From Flavobacteriaceae bacterium (GTDB taxonomy: Bacteria; Bacteroidota; Bacteroidia; Flavobacteriales; Flavobacteriaceae), in NCBI GenBank assembly GCA_022425505.1, contig JAKMFI010000069.1, positions 1 through 45,891 on the forward strand: DNA of 45,891 nt, read 5' to 3'. The notes below the pieces were generated by a model. It was given only the letters and a program-made list of their open reading frames with translations. It was not told the origin of the DNA and searched no databases. The position numbers were made by a program, and so were the translations under genes. This document shows positions 40,757 through 45,891 of this stretch, in pieces. The stretch's first letter is position 1. Each line of letters opens with the position of its first letter.

Positions 40757-41623
40757 ATGGAAAATAAGAAGAATACAAGCCCTGTGTTGCGGATTCCCAC
40801 TTGGATTCGATTTGGTGTTTGGTTTTCACAACAACTGTCAACTTCACTTGCTACTCAGTTGGCTTTATATCTATTTTTTCGACCCCAGCGTTTTAAAAGG
40901 CCTGTTCGTGAACAGGAGATGCACGAGCACGCATTAAAAACCAGTTGCTATGTTCCAAAGATTGATAAAGAAATTCAAGTATTTAGATTCGCTGGAAAAG
41001 AACCTAAGATACTATTAATGCATGGCTGGAGTGGACGAGGAACTCAACTCTTTGCCTTTGCATATGAATTGAGAAAATCAAATGCTGAAGTTGTCACATT
41101 TGATATGCCCGCCCATGGTCAATCCTTAGGGAATAAAACAAATATCGTTGAACTTGTCGCATGTATCAAAGAAATCTATGCAAAATATGGTCCTTTTGAC
41201 CATGCGATCGCACACTCTATGGGCAGTATGGCATTACTTCGTGCTCTGCGAGATGGCATTTCGATGAAATCAGTAGCAATTATTGGTAGTGGAGACAAAA
41301 TTAGAAATGTGTTTTATCGTTTTTCTGAACAACTTCAGTTTTCTGATAAGGTCACTGAACGAATGATACAAACTGTAGAGAAACAATTTGGCATGAACCT
41401 TGAAAGCTATTCATCTAGTATGAGTTTAGAACACCTAAAGATGCCGCTGCTAATTGTCCATGACAAAGACGATAAAGAGACCCCTTTTACTTATAGTAAA
41501 GACCTTCACAAAATTGCAAACAACTCTGAGCTATTATTGACATCAGGATTAGGACATCATCGGATTCTGAGGGATTCTAAAACGGTACAACAAATTGTTC
41601 AATTTATTAATCAACACCCATGA
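40757..41623 (+). CDS. Alpha/beta-fold hydrolase
   Basis: 288 aa. LLMHGWSGRG (oxyanion region), AHSMGSM (GxSxG nucleophile elbow) and a C-terminal GLGHH histidine. ATGA overlap with the downstream msrB. Confidence 0.75.
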   Translation: MENKKNTSPVLRIPTWIRFGVWFSQQLSTSLATQLALYLFFRPQRFKRPVREQEMHEHALKTSCYVPKIDKEIQVFRFAGKEPKILLMHGWSGRGTQLFAFAYELRKSNAEVVTFDMPAHGQSLGNKTNIVELVACIKEIYAKYGPFDHAIAHSMGSMALLRALRDGISMKSVAIIGSGDKIRNVFYRFSEQLQFSDKVTERMIQTVEKQFGMNLESYSSSMSLEHLKMPLLIVHDKDDKETPFTYSKDLHKIANNSELLLTSGLGHHRILRDSKTVQQIVQFINQHP

Positions 41624-42102
41624 AATCTATCCTATTTATTTTCACATGTATTTGCTGTTCGGTTTACTGTCAAAACCCAAAAACCCCCAATGCACCAGCC
41701 CAAGACTTATCTTGCCATAAGACAGATGTAGAATGGAAAGCCCAACTCGACGACAATGCTTATTATGTACTTCGTGAAGCGGGCACCGAAAGACCATTTT
41801 CTGGACTGTACAACAACCATTATGAGCAAGGTCTTTACAAATGTGTAGGATGTGATGCGCCACTATATGTATCAGATCATAAATACGATTCCGGAAGCGG
41901 CTGGCCTGCATTTGATAGAGCAGTAGAGGGAGCTGTTTCCTATCGAAAAGATAACAAACTTGGATATACAAGAATTGAGTTAAATTGCTCAAATTGTGGC
42001 GGTCATTTGGGGCACATGTTCAACGACGGCCCCCGACAAACCACAGGACAAAGGCATTGTATCAATTCTGTTGCTTTATCTTTTGTTTCTGACGATGAAT
42101 AA
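41620..42102 (+). CDS. msrB: Peptide-methionine (R)-S-oxide reductase MsrB, secreted/periplasmic copy (1-Cys type)
   Basis: 160 aa. N-terminal signal peptide MKSILFIFTCICCSVYCQ; two Zn CxxC pairs (CVGC, CSNC); catalytic RHCINS. The resolving-Cys position reads SGSGWPAF (Ser). Confidence 0.88.
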   Translation: MKSILFIFTCICCSVYCQNPKTPNAPAQDLSCHKTDVEWKAQLDDNAYYVLREAGTERPFSGLYNNHYEQGLYKCVGCDAPLYVSDHKYDSGSGWPAFDRAVEGAVSYRKDNKLGYTRIELNCSNCGGHLGHMFNDGPRQTTGQRHCINSVALSFVSDDE

Positions 42103-42487
42103 ATATCCTTTTCACAAATCGGAGCAAGACTGGAAAGAACAACTCGATGAAGAATCTTACCGTATCCTGAGAGAAAAAGGAACGGAATATCCACATTCGG
42201 GAGCATATAACTTGCATTTTGAAGACGGCACCTATCAATGTAAAGCCTGTAAAGAACCGCTTTTTGCCAGTGACAACAAGTTCGAAAGCAATTGTGGATG
42301 GCCAAGCTTTTTCGAAGCGATTGGTGGTAAAATACGCTATGAGCCAGACCATTCCCATGGAATGATTCGTGTTGAAATTTTATGTAACAACTGCGGAGGT
42401 CATCTCGGACATGTGTTTCCCGATGGTCCTACCCCATCTCAAAGAAGATATTGCGTCAACTCTGCAAGCTTGGATTTCAAATCATAG
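42095..42487 (+). CDS. msrB: Peptide-methionine (R)-S-oxide reductase MsrB, cytoplasmic copy (2-Cys type)
   Basis: 130 aa from the ATG at 42095 (MNKYPFHKSEQDWK). CKAC and CNNC Zn sites, SNCGWPSF (resolving Cys present) and catalytic RYCVNS. Overlaps the upstream msrB by 8 nt. Confidence 0.9.
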   Translation: MNKYPFHKSEQDWKEQLDEESYRILREKGTEYPHSGAYNLHFEDGTYQCKACKEPLFASDNKFESNCGWPSFFEAIGGKIRYEPDHSHGMIRVEILCNNCGGHLGHVFPDGPTPSQRRYCVNSASLDFKS

Positions 42488-42551
42488 TAATCCCATTTTT
42501 CCCTATTAAGTTAGTATTTCGTTTCGTATTTTCGCCAAATAAAATTTTGAC

Positions 42552-43943
42552 ATGAGTAAGTTTGACATTATTGTTTTAGGAAGTGGTCCTGGAGGGTATG
42601 TAACCGCAATTCGCGCATCTCAATTGGGCTTTAAAACCGCCATTATTGAGAAGGAAAGCTTAGGCGGTGTTTGTCTAAACTGGGGGTGCATTCCCACAAA
42701 AGCACTTCTAAAATCTGCTCAGGTCTTTGAATATCTCAAACATGCAGATGACTATGGATTGACCATAGAAAACTATGATAAAGATTTTGATGCGGTTGTC
42801 AACCGAAGCCGAAATGTTGCTGGAACAATGAGTAAAGGTGTCCAGTTTTTGATGAAGAAAAATAAAATTGAAGTCATCATGGGCTACGGTACACTCAAAG
42901 CTGGTAAAAAAGTAGCTGTTGCCAGCGAAGATGGGACCGAAACAGTATACGAAGCCGACCATATTATTATTGCAACTGGAGCACGTGCCAGAGAACTTCC
43001 TAGTCTTCCACAAGATGGTAAGAAAGTCATTGGCTATCGAGAAGCAATGACACTGCCCAAGCAACCAAAAAAATTGATTGTTGTGGGTTCAGGTGCGATC
43101 GGAGTCGAATTTGCATACTTCTACAACGCGATGGGAACGAATGTGACTATTGTCGAATATATGCCGCGAATTGTCCCTGTGGAGGACGAAGAAATTTCAA
43201 AACAAATGGAGCGAAGTTTCACGAAAAGCGGAATCAAAGTAATGACGAGTGCAGAAGTAACCAAGGTTGACTCCAGTGGCAAAGGGGTTAAAGCAACCGT
43301 GAAAACAGACAAAGGAGAGGAAGTGCTAAGCGCGGATATTGTTTTGTCTGCTGTTGGAATCAAAACAAACATAGAAAATATCGGATTAGAAGAGCTCGGT
43401 ATTTCTACGGATCGAGATAAAATCATCGTAAATGATTTCTATCAAACCAACCTCCCTGGCTATTACGCCATTGGTGATGTTACTTCTGGTCAAGCATTGG
43501 CTCATGTTGCCTCTGCAGAAGGCATATTGTGTGTTGAAAAAATTGCAGGTCAGCATGTGGAACCTATCGATTATAACAATGTCCCAGGTTGTACCTACTG
43601 TTTTCCAGAAGTAGCTTCAGTCGGTTATACTGAGGAGCAAGCCAAAGAAAAGGGATTTGAGATTAAAGTTGGTAAATTTCCATTTACGGCATCTGGAAAA
43701 GCACAGGCCGGAGGACATACGGATGGTTTTGTGAAAGTTATTTTTGATGCCAAATACGGTGAATGGTTGGGTTGTCACATGATTGGTGCTGGAGTTACCG
43801 ATATGATTGCCGAAGCCGTCGTTGGGCGAAAGCTCGAAACCACTGGTCATGAAATCTTAAAAGCAGTTCACCCCCACCCTACCATGAGTGAAGCGGTAAT
43901 GGAGGCAGTTGCTGCTGCTTATGATGAAGTGATCCATATTTAA
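42552..43943 (+). CDS. lpdA: Dihydrolipoyl dehydrogenase (E3)
   Basis: 463 aa. GSGPGGY FAD site, redox disulfide GGVCLNWGCIPTK, and a C-terminal HPHPT(M)SE motif. Confidence 0.93.
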   Translation: MSKFDIIVLGSGPGGYVTAIRASQLGFKTAIIEKESLGGVCLNWGCIPTKALLKSAQVFEYLKHADDYGLTIENYDKDFDAVVNRSRNVAGTMSKGVQFLMKKNKIEVIMGYGTLKAGKKVAVASEDGTETVYEADHIIIATGARARELPSLPQDGKKVIGYREAMTLPKQPKKLIVVGSGAIGVEFAYFYNAMGTNVTIVEYMPRIVPVEDEEISKQMERSFTKSGIKVMTSAEVTKVDSSGKGVKATVKTDKGEEVLSADIVLSAVGIKTNIENIGLEELGISTDRDKIIVNDFYQTNLPGYYAIGDVTSGQALAHVASAEGILCVEKIAGQHVEPIDYNNVPGCTYCFPEVASVGYTEEQAKEKGFEIKVGKFPFTASGKAQAGGHTDGFVKVIFDAKYGEWLGCHMIGAGVTDMIAEAVVGRKLETTGHEILKAVHPHPTMSEAVMEAVAAAYDEVIHI

Positions 43944-43973
43944 GTCAAAACGCTTACAGTATTGTTTGAATCT

Positions 43974-43991
43974 ATTCACGGTAAGGTGAAT
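43974..43991 (+). terminator. Weak candidate terminator after lpdA
   Basis: ATTCAC-GGTAAG-GTGAAT: a 6-bp stem followed by CCTATTTTC, about 30 nt after the stop. Short and AT-rich, so tentative. Confidence 0.3.
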
Positions 43992-44049
43992 CCTATTTTC
44001 ATTTCCTATATTTAGGGGTATCATTTCATTCTGAAAAAAACCAGAAACC

Positions 44050-44907
44050 ATGGCAAAAAACGTCGTCATCACAGGAGTTTCATCAGGTATTGGTATGGCC
44101 TCCCTTGATATTTTACATGCAAAAGGGTATCATATTTTTGGAAGTGTCAGGAATCAAGCTGATGCAGATAAGCTTTCAAAAATCTACCCAGATCGATTTA
44201 CACCACTGCGATTCGACGTTCAAAACCATAAAGAAGTTATCAAAGCTTCAAAGATTGTTTTTGAACAATGTGAAACTTTAGCAGGGTTAATTAACAACGC
44301 TGGTATTGCAATTCCAGGACCGCTAGAACACCTTTCAGAGGACCAATTTGAAAAGCAACTCGATGTCAATGTTAAATCCATTCGTCGAATCACCAATCTT
44401 TTTCTCCCCCTACTTGGAGCCAAGCTCAATTCGAGCAAACCACCTGGGCGCATCATCAATATCAGTTCTGTTTCAGGTCTGTTTAATTCTCCCTTTAACG
44501 GCGCATACAGTATTTCAAAACATGCTTTGGAGAGTATGACGGATATTTATCGCAGAGAACTAAGGCAATACGGCATCAAAGTGATCGCTATAGAACCTGG
44601 CCCAATCAAAACTGAAATATGGAAGAAGAATCTAAACAAAATGGAAGAATTTAAAGATTCTAATTACTATGAAGTCCTTCAAAAAGCGGATAAAATCATA
44701 GAGAACGCCGAACGCAATGCCCTTCCTGTAGAAATCGTTTCCAAATTGATTGCCAAGTGTTTGGTCGCAAAGAGGCCAAAGACGCGATATATCGTCCACA
44801 AAGGCAAGTTTGTATTTCGACTCATGGCTTATTATTTTCCAGATAAGCTATCGGATTGGTTGGTGCATAAAACCCTTAGCTCTACAAATCGGCATCGTCC
44901 GATTTAA
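44050..44907 (+). CDS. Short-chain dehydrogenase/reductase (classical SDR)
   Basis: 285 aa. ITGVSSGIG cofactor motif, NNAG, and the catalytic S...YSISK. Confidence 0.85.
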   Translation: MAKNVVITGVSSGIGMASLDILHAKGYHIFGSVRNQADADKLSKIYPDRFTPLRFDVQNHKEVIKASKIVFEQCETLAGLINNAGIAIPGPLEHLSEDQFEKQLDVNVKSIRRITNLFLPLLGAKLNSSKPPGRIINISSVSGLFNSPFNGAYSISKHALESMTDIYRRELRQYGIKVIAIEPGPIKTEIWKKNLNKMEEFKDSNYYEVLQKADKIIENAERNALPVEIVSKLIAKCLVAKRPKTRYIVHKGKFVFRLMAYYFPDKLSDWLVHKTLSSTNRHRPI

Positions 44908-45329
44908 GATTTCGGCAAAAAGCTCTCGATCGCTAAGCGATAAACGTCTAATCCGAATCCGAGGATTAACCCTTTTGCATTTGGTGTTACAAATGAAGTA
45001 TGGCGAAAGTCCTCTCTTGAAAAAGTATTCGAAATATGCACCTCAATAACTGGTGCTGATATTGCTTTGATCGCATCTCCAATACCAACTGAAGTGTGGG
45101 TGTAAGCCGCTGCATTTAAAATAATCCCGTCTACGTCAAAGCCGGCGCGCTGAAGCTCATTGATTAGCTCCCCCTCCACATTGGATTGATAGTAAGTCAA
45201 ATTGATTTCTGGAAATAAAGATTGTAATTGACCGAAATATTGAACAAAATCTTTGTTTCCATAGACCTCAGGTTCCCGTTTTCCCAACAGATTGAGGTTT
45301 GGACCGTTAAGAATCGCTATCTTCATCAT
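44904..45329 (-). CDS. aroQ: Type II 3-dehydroquinate dehydratase
   Basis: MKIAILNGPNLNLLGKREPEVYG and VHISN. I chose the start at the MMKIAIL pair (45329); the ATG at 45350 remains possible. The stop overlaps the SDR stop (TTAA). Confidence 0.9.
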   Translation of the reverse strand: MMKIAILNGPNLNLLGKREPEVYGNKDFVQYFGQLQSLFPEINLTYYQSNVEGELINELQRAGFDVDGIILNAAAYTHTSVGIGDAIKAISAPVIEVHISNTFSREDFRHTSFVTPNAKGLILGFGLDVYRLAIESFLPKS

Positions 45330-45382
45330 ACTATTTGCAAAAATAGACATAAAGCCGTTGTAAATAAAATGTATCTTCGAAT

Positions 45383-45891
45383 ATGAATTGGAGTGAAGGT
45401 ATTCAAGCTTTTAAATCATACTTACATCTCGAACGTGGGCTCTCGGAAAATACGGTGGTCAACTATGTGTATGACGTTCAAAAACTAGTTGCCTATCTTG
45501 AGACCAACAATATCGCAATTGGTCCGACCAAAGTTTCGTCTTCCAATTTGCTACAATTCATTTATGAAGCTGCTAAAGAAGTGAAGCCGTCGTCCCAGTC
45601 TCGTTTGCTTTCTGGTCTTCGTATATTTTTTAACTTTCTTATGGTTGAGGGGTTGCGGGGCAGCAATCCCGTCACTTTAGTTGAACCGCCTAAGATCGGG
45701 TCTGTCCTACCAGTTACTTTATCCACGTCTGAAGTCGAAAAACTTATCAGCAGCTTTGATGAAGATCGACCCATAGACGTTCGAAATACAGCCATACTCG
45801 AAATGCTATACTCCTGCGGTTTGCGAGTCAGTGAGCTCGTTAACCTTCGATGTTCGGATTTATTTTTTGACGAGGGTCTGATCAAAGTAGT
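45383..45891 (+). CDS. xerD: Tyrosine recombinase XerD (N-terminal ~169 codons; continues beyond the window)
   Basis: Not in the ORF track because it is open-ended. The ATG at 45383 gives MNWSEGIQAFKSYLHLERGLSENTVVNYVYDVQKLVAYLE...RNTAILEMLYSCGLRVSELVNL, the XerD core-binding domain and the start of the catalytic domain. Confidence 0.85.
   Translation, partial: MNWSEGIQAFKSYLHLERGLSENTVVNYVYDVQKLVAYLETNNIAIGPTKVSSSNLLQFIYEAAKEVKPSSQSRLLSGLRIFFNFLMVEGLRGSNPVTLVEPPKIGSVLPVTLSTSEVEKLISSFDEDRPIDVRNTAILEMLYSCGLRVSELVNLRCSDLFFDEGLIKV

Noticed and set aside
41996-42094. A 33-codon N-terminal extension of the second msrB.
   Set aside because: It overlaps the first msrB out of frame, and the MsrB domain starts at the ATG at 42095.
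45562-45885. A 107-aa minus-strand ORF.
   Set aside because: It is antisense to the xerD frame and is Ser/Arg/Lys-rich with low complexity.
45383-45891. The tyrosine recombinase as a marker of an integrated mobile element.
   Set aside because: The sequence matches housekeeping XerD. It sits beside aroQ with no tRNA, no direct repeats, and no phage or transposon genes on the visible side.
1-45891. CRISPR arrays, tRNA/rRNA genes, IS elements and defence islands.
   Set aside because: I noticed no spaced direct repeats. No intergenic gap is long enough for an rRNA, and none shows tRNA-like structure. No transposase, integrase, nuclease-ATPase or RT-type proteins appear among the ORFs.

Overview
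This 45.9 kb window looks like densely packed core chromosome from a Bacteroidota (Flavobacteriia-like) genome. Supporting evidence: a T9SS porQ-type gene, a CarboxypepD_reg-type outer-membrane receptor, TAnnTTTG -7 boxes, and no Shine-Dalgarno sequences before starts. I call 45 protein-coding genes plus one disrupted gene, nearly all housekeeping. Listed in coordinate order regardless of strand:
- ppk1 (partial), SixA-like phosphatase, pdxH
- rnz, a 113-aa STAS-like protein, pyrB, pyrR
- isoaspartyl peptidase
- an AONS-family and a CBS/CysK-family PLP enzyme pair, possibly capnine sulfonolipid synthesis
- prfB with its +1 programmed frameshift, a HAD hydrolase, a TonB-dependent receptor
- fumC
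- an eight-gene menaquinone cluster on the minus strand (thioesterase-menF-menD-menB-menA-menC-CPBP protease-menE), followed by a 59-aa membrane ORF
- dnaK, panB, an RluA-family pseudouridine synthase
- a 514-aa uncharacterised helical protein
- leuA-leuC-leuD-leuB
- rpsA, cmk, a disrupted porQ, lon
- a DUF2807-like protein, an MFS transporter, an alpha/beta hydrolase
- tandem msrB genes, lpdA, an SDR, aroQ, xerD (partial)

I saw no rRNA, tRNA, CRISPR array, transposase, phage gene or recognisable defence module, and no intergenic gap is longer than about 175 nt. I do not see a convincing novel multi-gene system. The observations most worth following up:
1. A CPBP intramembrane protease and a micro-membrane protein embedded in the men operon.
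2. The capA/capB-like pair.
3. porQ broken by an in-frame TAA and a homopolymer frameshift.
4. A SixA-type phosphohistidine phosphatase coupled to ppk1.
5. A STAS-like ORF wedged between pyrB and rnz.
6. A secreted 1-Cys plus cytoplasmic 2-Cys msrB tandem.

All calls come from reading motifs in the supplied translations and the raw sequence. No searches or computations were run.
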